DNA of 64,000 bases from Planctomycetota bacterium (GTDB lineage Bacteria; Planctomycetota; Brocadiia; JAADGH01). The notes under the pieces were generated by a model. That model saw only the letters and a list, made by a program, of their open reading frames with translations, searched no databases and was not told the DNA's origin. Positions within the stretch are counted from its first letter, which is position 1. Each line of letters begins with the position of its first letter. The position numbers and the translations under genes are program-made. The stretch lies in contig JBFMAD010000001.1 in NCBI GenBank assembly GCA_040755855.1, positions 288,001 through 352,000 of the forward strand, in the 5' to 3' direction. This document shows, piece after piece, positions 28,493-36,995 of the stretch.

Positions 28493-29552
28493 CGAGATTG
28501 TCGAGAAGGCGATCGGCGGCGAACGGATCGCAGCCGAGGATGTCGCCGCGTTGTTCGACAAGGGCGACCTTCTGGCGCTGGGGCAGGGGGCCGACCGCAT
28601 CTGCCGGCTCATGCACCCCGAGCCGTATCGCACCTATGCCGTTGACCGGAACATCAACTATTCCAACATCTGCATCTCGCGCTGCCGGTTCTGCGCGTTT
28701 CATCGGTCTCTGGGATCGAAGGATGCCTATGTGCTCTCGCGGGAAGATCTCTTCGACAAAATTGAAGAGACCATCGCCTTCGGCGGAACACATATCCTGA
28801 TGCAGGGCGGCTTGCATCCCGATCTCAAAATTGACTTTTTCGAAAATCTATCTCGCGCCATCAAGGAGCGGTCCGACATCCATCTGCACTGCCTCTCTCC
28901 CCCTGAGATCGTCCATATTGCCCGGCTCAGCGGCCTGACTATCGCCGACTGCATCGCGCGCCTCCGCAACGCGGGCCTCGATACCATCCCCGGAGGAGGG
29001 GCGGAGATTCTGGCTGATGAGGTGCGGCGGAAGATCAGCCCGAACAAGTGCACGACCAGCGAGTGGCTGGCCGTCATGCGAACCGCCCACGACCTCGGCA
29101 TGCGCACGACGGCGACGATGATGTTCGGCCATGTGGAGACGCCAGCCCATCGCGTGGAGCACCTCATGCGCATCCGCGACTTGCAGGACGAGACGGGCGG
29201 CTTCACGGCCTTCATCCCGTGGACCTTCCAGCCGGAGAACACGGGGCTTGATCTGCCGCAGGCCGGGGCGTTTGATTATCTGCGCACGCTGGCTATCTCG
29301 CGGCTCGCGCTCGACAACGTCGCAAACCTCCAAGCGTCGTGGGTGACGCAGGGAGCGAAGATCGGCCAGCTCGCGCTGCGCTTCGGCGCGAACGACATGG
29401 GCGGCACGATGATCGAGGAGAACGTCGTCCGCGCGGCGGGCGTCGAGTTTCAGATGACCCGCGACGACGTGGTTCATCTCATCGAAGACGCCGGGTTCGA
29501 GGCGAGGCAGCGCAATGTCTATTACGAGATCGTATCGCCTGCCGTTGAATAG
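28449..29552 (+). CDS. mqnC: Cyclic dehypoxanthine futalosine synthase (radical SAM)
   Basis: DRNINYSNICISRCRFCAF, SPPEI, QASWVTQG, FGANDMGGTMIEENVV; true start may be TTG 28476. Confidence 0.9.
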   Translation: MGLYPKGRRLSLSPDEIVEKAIGGERIAAEDVAALFDKGDLLALGQGADRICRLMHPEPYRTYAVDRNINYSNICISRCRFCAFHRSLGSKDAYVLSREDLFDKIEETIAFGGTHILMQGGLHPDLKIDFFENLSRAIKERSDIHLHCLSPPEIVHIARLSGLTIADCIARLRNAGLDTIPGGGAEILADEVRRKISPNKCTTSEWLAVMRTAHDLGMRTTATMMFGHVETPAHRVEHLMRIRDLQDETGGFTAFIPWTFQPENTGLDLPQAGAFDYLRTLAISRLALDNVANLQASWVTQGAKIGQLALRFGANDMGGTMIEENVVRAAGVEFQMTRDDVVHLIEDAGFEARQRNVYYEIVSPAVE

Positions 29553-29570
29553 CAAATCCTGAAACATCCT

Positions 29571-29598
29571 TTGCACTTTCCATTCCATTTGCTATAAT
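29571..29598 (+). promoter_or_regulatory. sigma70 promoter ahead of MTAP-like gene
   Basis: TTGCAC-N16-TATAAT with extended TG. Confidence 0.65.
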
Positions 29599-29654
29599 CA
29601 TCATGTTGACGTTCTCGCATCGGACCCGGAAGACCTTGGTAACGTAGTGCAAAG

Positions 29655-30548
29655 ATGGATGACGTAAAGCTTGCAGTCATCGGCGGAAGCGGGGCGTACG
29701 CCCTCCTGAAACGAAAGGCGCTGGTGGGCGAGGAAGTCCCCGCGCGGGAGACCCCCTTCGGCCCCTCCCAGCCCATGGCCCGCGTCGAGGCGGAAGGGAC
29801 ATCGTTCCTGTTCCTTTCACGGCACGGGCAGAGGCGCTATTCCATCGCCGCCCCCTTCGTGAACTATCGGGCCAACATCTATGCGCTCAAAGACCTCGGC
29901 GTGGAGCACATCATCTCCTGGTCCGGCCCGGGGACGATGAACCAAAAATTCCTCCTGGCGCAATTTGTCGTGATCGAGGATGTAATTGACGAGACGCGCA
30001 ACCGGAAGGGCACCTTCTATGAGAACAACGGCCTGGGGTTCATCCGCCAGAATCCCGTCTTCTGTCCCACGCTCCGGGCCGCCCTTGTAGAGACGCTCAA
30101 GGAGCTGAACTGGCAGTTCGTCGCGGGCGGCACCTACGTCTGCACCGAAGGGCCGCGGCTCGAGACGCCTGCGGAAATCCGAAAGATGAAAGCCTACGGC
30201 GGCGACCTGGTCGGCATGACCCTCTGTCCCGAGGCATTTCTCGCGCGGGAACTGGAGATGTGCTACGCGGCGGTCTGCTACGTCTCGAACTACGCGGAAG
30301 GAATCAGGGAGCGCGACTACCGCGCGGGCGAGCTCTTCGAGGGCCTCCTCACGCGCGACGAGATGGAGAAGGTCGAGGAGTCCGTCGCCAAGTTCCCCGG
30401 CATCATGCAGAACGTGGCGCGGCGGCTGAAAGCGACGGAGTTCAAGTGCAACTGCCGAAAGGCCATGGAGCGGTATCGCCTCCGCGGCGACATCGGAACG
30501 AACTGGCGCGAATGGCTCAAACCCTCATCCTCCGCGCAAAACATCTGA
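29655..30548 (+). CDS. MTAP-family purine nucleoside phosphorylase
   Basis: VIGGSG, SRHG, VNYRANIYAL, EGPRLETPAEI, LVGMT.PEAFLARE. Confidence 0.9.
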   Translation: MDDVKLAVIGGSGAYALLKRKALVGEEVPARETPFGPSQPMARVEAEGTSFLFLSRHGQRRYSIAAPFVNYRANIYALKDLGVEHIISWSGPGTMNQKFLLAQFVVIEDVIDETRNRKGTFYENNGLGFIRQNPVFCPTLRAALVETLKELNWQFVAGGTYVCTEGPRLETPAEIRKMKAYGGDLVGMTLCPEAFLARELEMCYAAVCYVSNYAEGIRERDYRAGELFEGLLTRDEMEKVEESVAKFPGIMQNVARRLKATEFKCNCRKAMERYRLRGDIGTNWREWLKPSSSAQNI

Positions 30549-31783
30549 TCCCCCATCCGGACGGACGTATCGAGGACGGCGCGGTCGCCGTTCGCGTAAG
30601 CCGGATCGTCGCCGTGGGAACACATGCCCATGTCATGCGCCATGTCTCCGGCTCCACGCGCGACCTGGGCGACGCCGTCATCCTACCCGGCCTCGTCAAT
30701 GCGCACACGCACCTGGAGCTTAGCGATCTTTCCGGTAAGATCAAGAGAGCCGACAGCTTTGTTGATTGGCTGAAGCAGGTCGGTCGGTTTGTAGTCAAGT
30801 GGAAGCTGGCTGACGGTCTGCTCGGTCGCCGGTGCGGGCGATTTGTCCAATCGGCAAAAATCGGAATTGCGAAAAGCATCGCCGGCGGCGCAACGACGGT
30901 CGCCGACATTTCCAACAGCGGCGCGTCGTTCCATCTCCTGCGGTACGGCCCCCTCCGGTCGGTCGTGTTTCAGGAGGTCATTGACCTGCGGGCGAGGAAT
31001 ATCCGGCGGAAGATCGGGCGGGTTCGGTGGCGCTTGCGCCATGTCTTCGACACGCCTCTCTTGCAAAAGGGCGTTGCCCCTCATGCGCCGTACAGCGCAT
31101 CGCCGGAGACCTACCGCCGGTGCGCGCTGCTGGCCGCTGAGTTGAACATGCCGATGGCGACGCACATCCACGAGACCCGCGAAGAGATCGAGGCGTTTGA
31201 AAGAAACACGGGCGAGTTTCGACGGGTCATGGAGTACTTCATCAGGCCCCGGTTCGCTGAGCGACCTGCGTGCCGTCCCCTCGCCGCGCTGAACGGGCTG
31301 GGGGCGATTACGAACCGGACGTTGCTAGTCCACTGCAACTATCTGGATGAGTCCGACATCGCCATCCTGACGAACCGGAGACCGACCGTCGTCTTCTGCC
31401 CCCGCAGCCATGCCTATTTCGGGCACGACCGGCATCCCTTCCGAAGGCTTCTCGATCTCGGCGTCAACGTCGCGCTTGGCACGGACAGTCTGGCGAGCTG
31501 CGAATCGCTCAGCATGTTGGATGAAATGCGCTTCCTCGTCGGCAGCCGGAATGATGTGTCGCCGCAGGAAGCATTGGCGATGGCCACAACGAACGGCGCG
31601 CGGGCGCTGGGGTTATCCCAAAAGATCGGCCGCCTCGCGCAAGGCTGCGAAGCCGACATCACGGTTGTTTCCACGCCGGGACGCCAACACAGCCCTTACG
31701 AGGCGATCTTCACCTCATCTTCTGCAATTAAATTTACGATGGTGCGGGGGCGCATGGTTCTTGACAATGGCGAGTATCCATGA
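30512..31783 (+). CDS. Amidohydrolase, aminodeoxyfutalosine deaminase-like
   Basis: PGLVNAHTHLELS, APHAPYS, THIHET, VHCNYL, LGTDSLAS; ATG 30512 overlaps the upstream gene. Confidence 0.85.
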   Translation: MAQTLILRAKHLIPHPDGRIEDGAVAVRVSRIVAVGTHAHVMRHVSGSTRDLGDAVILPGLVNAHTHLELSDLSGKIKRADSFVDWLKQVGRFVVKWKLADGLLGRRCGRFVQSAKIGIAKSIAGGATTVADISNSGASFHLLRYGPLRSVVFQEVIDLRARNIRRKIGRVRWRLRHVFDTPLLQKGVAPHAPYSASPETYRRCALLAAELNMPMATHIHETREEIEAFERNTGEFRRVMEYFIRPRFAERPACRPLAALNGLGAITNRTLLVHCNYLDESDIAILTNRRPTVVFCPRSHAYFGHDRHPFRRLLDLGVNVALGTDSLASCESLSMLDEMRFLVGSRNDVSPQEALAMATTNGARALGLSQKIGRLAQGCEADITVVSTPGRQHSPYEAIFTSSSAIKFTMVRGRMVLDNGEYP

Positions 31784-31881
31784 AGACCGTTAGGTGCAAA
31801 GCGCGGGGAAATGTGACATCTACGCGTGCAAGCAAAGGTTACGAAATTACGCGCTGATTTTCAGTCGAAGGCCAAACGCTT

Positions 31882-31991
31882 AAAACAAAAAACAGAGAGT
31901 GGCACAAAGGGGCGGTATAGTTTTTTAGTCAAACGTCCGAATCTCTCGGACCCTTCGACTCTCTTGCGCCCCGACATCTGTGTCACTCTCC
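31882..31991 (-). ncRNA. Candidate stand-alone structured small RNA (~100 nt)
   Basis: Own TTGACA-N16-TATACT promoter; folds by eye into a rod whose 5' and 3' ends pair; ends in a U-tract; no ORF. Confidence 0.55.
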
Positions 31992-31997
31992 AGTATA

Positions 31998-32025
31998 AGT
32001 ATATCCCATGAATGGAAATTGTCAA
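31998..32025 (-). promoter_or_regulatory. Near-consensus sigma70 promoter driving the candidate sRNA
   Basis: TTGACA(32025-32020)-N16-TATACT(32003-31998). Confidence 0.7.
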
Positions 32026-32080
32026 GTCGAGCGGGCGCTTTTTTCTCCAATTATTTCAATTATTTTTCGCCTTGCGTGCG

Positions 32081-32950
32081 TCAAAACTCCCTGGCCATCC
32101 CCGCGCACCCGAACGCACGAATCTGCTCCACCATGAAATCGCGAACCGCCGCCCGGCCCGACTTGATGACGCGCTCGGAGTAGTCCTCCGGGTGCGCGTC
32201 CATGTAGGCGTGCACGGCTTTCACAAAAGTGAAACGAATCTGCGTCGCGATGTTGACCTTCCGCACCCCCAGCGCGATGCACTTCTTCACGTCCGCCAAC
32301 GGCACGCCGGTCGCCCCGTGAAGCACCAAGGGAACCTGCGTAGCCTCTTTGATCCTTTGCAGCCGATCAAAGTCTAGTCGCGGCTCGTCCTTGTAGAAGC
32401 CATGCGCCGTCCCGATGGCCGGGGCCAGCGAATCAATGCCCGTCTTCTCCACAAAGTCCTTCGCAAGATCGGGGTCCGTATAGGCCGCCGTGTCGGCCTG
32501 CGAGGTCGTGTCGCCCTCCAGGCCGCCGACCTTGCCGAGCTCGGCCTCCACCGTCACATCCACCGCGTGCGCCATATGCACCACCTCGCGCGTGATGCGA
32601 ACATTCTCCTCGTACGACAGGCGTGAGCCGTCAAACATAACCGACGTGAAGCCGTACTTGATCCCGCGCACCACATGGTCGAACTCGAAGGAATGGTCGA
32701 GATGGAGCACGGCCGGGACCTTCGCCTTGCGGATCGCCGCTTTGGCCGCCTCGGCGTAGCACTCCGGGTCGAAGTAGAAGCTCATCGCGTTGTAGCCCTC
32801 GGAGACGATGGCCGGGGCGTTCATCTCCTCGGCCGTTCGCAACACGACATCGAGGTGGCCCATCTGCCCGCCGGCGGTGTCATATCCCGGCACGGCAAAA
32901 CCGCGGCGCTCAGCCACGGCGTAAAGTTGATTCATGGTGATGAGAGGCAT
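32081..32950 (-). CDS. Class II fructose/tagatose-bisphosphate aldolase family
   Basis: HLDH, FTSVMFDGS, VEAELG, GTAHG, LVLHG, KVNIAT. Confidence 0.93.
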   Translation of the reverse strand: MPLITMNQLYAVAERRGFAVPGYDTAGGQMGHLDVVLRTAEEMNAPAIVSEGYNAMSFYFDPECYAEAAKAAIRKAKVPAVLHLDHSFEFDHVVRGIKYGFTSVMFDGSRLSYEENVRITREVVHMAHAVDVTVEAELGKVGGLEGDTTSQADTAAYTDPDLAKDFVEKTGIDSLAPAIGTAHGFYKDEPRLDFDRLQRIKEATQVPLVLHGATGVPLADVKKCIALGVRKVNIATQIRFTFVKAVHAYMDAHPEDYSERVIKSGRAAVRDFMVEQIRAFGCAGMAREF

Positions 32951-33093
32951 ATGTCTCCTTTACATATCTTGCGCCTTATCCACATCGGAGCGTAGCAGGT
33001 TACAAGAGAGAAAACAAGATTGAAAACCGGATGGAATATGTCTAAACTCGATACCCGTTCTGGCGCTATCCCTTTTGTCTGCGGAGCAACTCA

Positions 33094-35676
33094 ATGAAGA
33101 TTCAGTCCATCTCGATCATGCCGTACTGCCACGCCGACTGGGCGTGGAACTACTACCGCGCCTGGCACGTGAAGCGATACATCAAGTCCTTCGAGATCGC
33201 CCTCGACCTCATGGACCAGAACTCCGACTTCACCTGGTTCATTGACACATGGACCGATCAATTCCGCGTCGTGATCGAGAACCGGCCCGACCTGGTGGAG
33301 CGCATGAAGCCGTACGTCTCGGAGGGACGCTTCGGCATCGCCGGGGGATTGTACAGCAACCCCCATCCCGATCGCGCGGGACGGGAGGCCTATGTCCGAA
33401 ACGCCGTCTATGGCCGGCGCCTGTTCCTCGACATCTTTCCCGACGCCGACCTCACGGCGGTCACGCACGAGGATGTCATCATGGGGCACACCCAACTGCC
33501 CCAGGTCCTCACGAAGCTGGGCTTCACCTTCTACACCTCCTCCCGGTCCTGCGCCGCCATGGCGGCCAAGGGCGTCCCGACGCAGTTCCTCTGGACCGGT
33601 CTCGACGGCACGAAGCTCATCACCGAGCGCAGCCACTACGGGGAACTGCGCGGTGACCTGATCCCGGCGGACTTCCGCGACAAGTGGGACGAGGCCCGAA
33701 AGCCGTTCCTTGCCTGGGCCGAGACGAAGACCGCGAACGGCAGCTCGCCGCATCTCTGCGCGCGGCAGGGGTCGGGCGACGACTGCCTGCCGCTCCGCAC
33801 CCACGCCGACAAGCCGGACCGGATGTTGGACTTTCTCGACGAATGGCGCAAGCGCGAGAAGATCGCCCTCGAGTTCTCCACGCCCGCCCGCTTCGCCCGG
33901 AAGCTGGCGAAGGCAAAGGACCTGCCCGCGTGGGAAGGCCCGCTCGATCCCGTCGGCTGGAGCTACTGGTACGGCGGCAACGGCAACTACAGCCTCTGGC
34001 CATTGCGGCTTGTGGCCGAGAAGAAGTTGACCCAGCTCGAACGCGCCCTGATCCACTTCGGCAAAGAAAAATATCCCCAGGCGGAGATGGAAGAATTGTG
34101 GCGCCAGGCGCTTTCTGTCTGGTCGCATGCGACGCTCTGGCTCTGGATCCCCGATTACGAGGAATTTCTCGTCCGGATCAAGAACGTGATCCAGCAAGCT
34201 GATGCCCGGCTCGAGCAGGTCCGCCGCGACGCCGCGAAGACCATCGCGCCGAGGCAGGATGGGCGGCCCGTTGTGCTGTTCAACCCCCTGCCGTGGGAGC
34301 GGAAGGAAACCGTCGAGATCTACTATCCCATTGACGAGGCCGGGCCGGTGGGCATAGAGATCGTGGACTCGAACGGCGGCGTTGTCCCCACTCAGGTTTG
34401 CTCCGATTCCTTCTGGGATTTTCCCGAAGGCAAACTTCGCGAATGCCTTATCAACGCCTCGGTCGTCGTGCCCGCGTCGGGCTTCGCCACATACTACGTC
34501 CGGCACAGTACGGAACCGATGAATCGCGCGACGCAGTTCCTTCAGTGGCCGAAAGAAATCGCGGCATCCTCTGTTCATGCGCGGATTGAGCAAGGAAAAC
34601 TGCTGGACGTCAGACTGATGGACCTCAACCGGGTGTTGTGCGGCTCGGTAGATTTTCTGTTTGAGGAGATTGACGAAGGCGGCATGGAGCGGAGCCAGAA
34701 CCTGGGCCATTACTTCGGGCCGGGCGCAAACGCCCCGCCGCGGGAGCCGTGGTCGCACCTGCACTACGGCAAGGTGGTGGGCCGGTCGTTCTACGTCGGT
34801 CGGCGATGGGTGATCGCCGAGGACGGGCCGCTCGCCGTGCGGATGACGTCGCTTGGGGAGACGGCCGGAAACGAGACGGAGTGGGAACTGAAATTCTACC
34901 GCAACCGACCTCGGATTGATGTGCGCCTGCGGGTGTATGTGACGCAGGCAAAGAGCGGTTTCTTCCTCGCGTCGGTCAATCTGCCCTTTGAGGGAAAGAT
35001 TCATGCCGACATCCCGTGGGGCGTCGAGGAGCGCAACATGACGAAGGAGCCCTTCGGTATGGCGCTCCTGGAGCGCAAGGACTTCCCCGCGTTCTACGGC
35101 AATAGTTGGGTAGATGTGTCCGACGGCGCGGCGGGAGTGGCGGTTTTGGACGAGGATGGGCAGCAGGGATATCGCATCCGCGATGGTCGGCTGGAGCACT
35201 TCCTCTTGAAGACCATCGCCCCGGAGAACATCCGCGGCCGCCGGTGGAGCAATCAGCACCGAACGGGGCTTGGTTTCCAGGAGTTTCGGTTTGCGATCCT
35301 GCTCCATCGCGGCGACTGGCGGACGGCACGGCTGTATCGTGAGGTGGAGGAGTACCGCCAACCGATCGCCGCGCGGGACGTCAACGTGCGACTCGCGGGC
35401 CGAGGGGCGGACCGCGTAGAGGGTGTGATGGTCTCCCCGGAGAACGTGATGCTCTCCGGCCTCTACCGCGAGGGCGGCAAGACGATCCTTCGCATCTACG
35501 AAAACGAAGGACGTCGGACGAAGGCGACGGTATCTCTGCCGTTCAAGGTGAAGAAGGTTCGCCGAACCAACCTGATTGGTGAAACGGAGAAAAGCGCGCA
35601 GAGGCCATCTCTGAGAAAAGGATGTCTGTCTGTTGTCCTGTCCCCCTGGGAGATTGTGACATTTGAGTTGACGTGA
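33094..35676 (+). CDS. GH38-like (alpha-mannosidase-like) glycoside hydrolase
   Basis: CHADWAW, DVIMGHTQLPQ, FLWTGLDG, LFNPLPWER, ILRIYENEG, LSPWEIVTF. Confidence 0.82.
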   Translation: MKIQSISIMPYCHADWAWNYYRAWHVKRYIKSFEIALDLMDQNSDFTWFIDTWTDQFRVVIENRPDLVERMKPYVSEGRFGIAGGLYSNPHPDRAGREAYVRNAVYGRRLFLDIFPDADLTAVTHEDVIMGHTQLPQVLTKLGFTFYTSSRSCAAMAAKGVPTQFLWTGLDGTKLITERSHYGELRGDLIPADFRDKWDEARKPFLAWAETKTANGSSPHLCARQGSGDDCLPLRTHADKPDRMLDFLDEWRKREKIALEFSTPARFARKLAKAKDLPAWEGPLDPVGWSYWYGGNGNYSLWPLRLVAEKKLTQLERALIHFGKEKYPQAEMEELWRQALSVWSHATLWLWIPDYEEFLVRIKNVIQQADARLEQVRRDAAKTIAPRQDGRPVVLFNPLPWERKETVEIYYPIDEAGPVGIEIVDSNGGVVPTQVCSDSFWDFPEGKLRECLINASVVVPASGFATYYVRHSTEPMNRATQFLQWPKEIAASSVHARIEQGKLLDVRLMDLNRVLCGSVDFLFEEIDEGGMERSQNLGHYFGPGANAPPREPWSHLHYGKVVGRSFYVGRRWVIAEDGPLAVRMTSLGETAGNETEWELKFYRNRPRIDVRLRVYVTQAKSGFFLASVNLPFEGKIHADIPWGVEERNMTKEPFGMALLERKDFPAFYGNSWVDVSDGAAGVAVLDEDGQQGYRIRDGRLEHFLLKTIAPENIRGRRWSNQHRTGLGFQEFRFAILLHRGDWRTARLYREVEEYRQPIAARDVNVRLAGRGADRVEGVMVSPENVMLSGLYREGGKTILRIYENEGRRTKATVSLPFKVKKVRRTNLIGETEKSAQRPSLRKGCLSVVLSPWEIVTFELT

Positions 35677-35691
35677 TTAAGGAGTTTCGCC

Positions 35692-36165
35692 ATGGGCAAG
35701 TATGACGCGGTCGAGCTGCACGGCGCGGAAAAGGCCGGGTATGTCGGCAGATGTCTGGCCCGGATCAAACGGTGGGGGCTGACAATGCCCAACGTCAATC
35801 CCCTGGCGCTGCACTTCGGCCTGGGCAAATTTGAGGAGATCGGCGAGATCGAGTTCTGGATCGCCAACGAAACGAAGGAGGGCTACTGCGGCAAGTTTCT
35901 CTTCGTCTTCGACGGCCAGACGTGCCCCTATCACCACCATGCGAAGAAGCATGAGACGTTCTACATCGTCAAGGGCAAGGTCCGCATGCGCATCGGCGAC
36001 GGCGAGCGCGAGATGAAGGAGGGGGATCACCTGGCCATGCCGCCGGGCACGGGGCACTCCTTCACCGGCGTCGGCGATTCGTTGCTCCTCGAGGTGTCGT
36101 CTCCGAGCGTCTTGCAGGACAACTTCTTCGAGAATAAGAGTATCGGTGACAACGGAGTCATTTAG
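35692..36165 (+). CDS. D-lyxose/D-mannose ketol-isomerase family cupin
   Basis: YCGKFL, GQTCPYHHH..KHETF, HSF, EVS, DNFF. Confidence 0.85.
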   Translation: MGKYDAVELHGAEKAGYVGRCLARIKRWGLTMPNVNPLALHFGLGKFEEIGEIEFWIANETKEGYCGKFLFVFDGQTCPYHHHAKKHETFYIVKGKVRMRIGDGEREMKEGDHLAMPPGTGHSFTGVGDSLLLEVSSPSVLQDNFFENKSIGDNGVI

Positions 36166-36175
36166 TTGCCAGGCT

Positions 36176-36208
36176 ACCCTCCCGGAGGTTCCGAACCTCC
36201 GGGAGGGT
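36176..36208. repeat. REP-like palindrome family A, copy 2
   Basis: ACCCTCCCGGAGGTT-CCG-AACCTCCGGGAGGGT. Confidence 0.85.
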
Positions 36209-36236
36209 CGTTCCTGGAGTGATTTAGGAAAGAGCC

Positions 36237-36995
36237 ATGTCAATCTTGTTTGGCGAGCAGAAGTCTCCCGATCTCGAACGGTTCGTCGAGCAAAATGCGC
36301 TGATCCTCTTGCCCGTCGGCCAGACGGAGGAGCACGGCCCCCACCTGCCGATCAACACGGACGCCCTGATCGCGCAACGGGTCGCCATGGCCGTCGGCGA
36401 GCGCATGGCGTCCGAGGCGCCCACGCTCGTGATGGATACGGTCTGCTACGGCTACTCATCCGCCGCCCTGAAGAACTGGCCGGGCACGATCGTCCTCCAG
36501 CCCGAGACGGTCATTGACATGCTCTACGACACGTGCATCTCCCTCGTCGAAATGGGCTTCCGCCGTATCGCCATCCTCAGCATCCACGGCAACCACGTGG
36601 GCATCATGCGCATCGTCGCGCGCAAGGTGGCCGACGCGACGGACGTCTATCCCGTCGTCGTCTTCCCCATCGCCCTCGGCATGGACCGTTTCCTCAAGGC
36701 GGCCAAGGCGGGACCGGAGGGGACATGCCACGCCTGCGAGCTGGAGACCTCGCTCATGCTCCACCTCGCGCCCGAGCTGGTGGACATGGCGAGCGTCAAG
36801 GGACCAAACCCGCTGCGACCGGCATCGCGGTTTGCGAAGGGTATCTTCTGGTCCACCTGGGGCCGGGAGAAGAGCGAGCACGGCTACTACGGCGATCCCA
36901 CTGTCGCCTCCGCCGAAACGGGCAAGGTCACATTCGAGGCGATGGTGGAAGAGACTGTCGCCTTTCTCACCGAGTTCTGCAGGGAAACGTCGTGA
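36237..36995 (+). CDS. Creatininase family amidohydrolase
   Basis: LPVGQTEEHGPHLPINTD, HACELETS, GDPTVASAETG. Confidence 0.92.
   Translation: MSILFGEQKSPDLERFVEQNALILLPVGQTEEHGPHLPINTDALIAQRVAMAVGERMASEAPTLVMDTVCYGYSSAALKNWPGTIVLQPETVIDMLYDTCISLVEMGFRRIAILSIHGNHVGIMRIVARKVADATDVYPVVVFPIALGMDRFLKAAKAGPEGTCHACELETSLMLHLAPELVDMASVKGPNPLRPASRFAKGIFWSTWGREKSEHGYYGDPTVASAETGKVTFEAMVEETVAFLTEFCRETS

Noticed and set aside
31882..31991. tRNA or SRP RNA identity for the candidate sRNA
   Set aside because: Acceptor-like ends but no T-loop or cloverleaf; lacks the SRP helix-8 GNRA/AGCAG motif.
33091..35361. 756-aa minus-strand ORF, and similar ones at 6254-8554 and 38484-40823
   Set aside because: In-register antisense shadows of well-supported genes.
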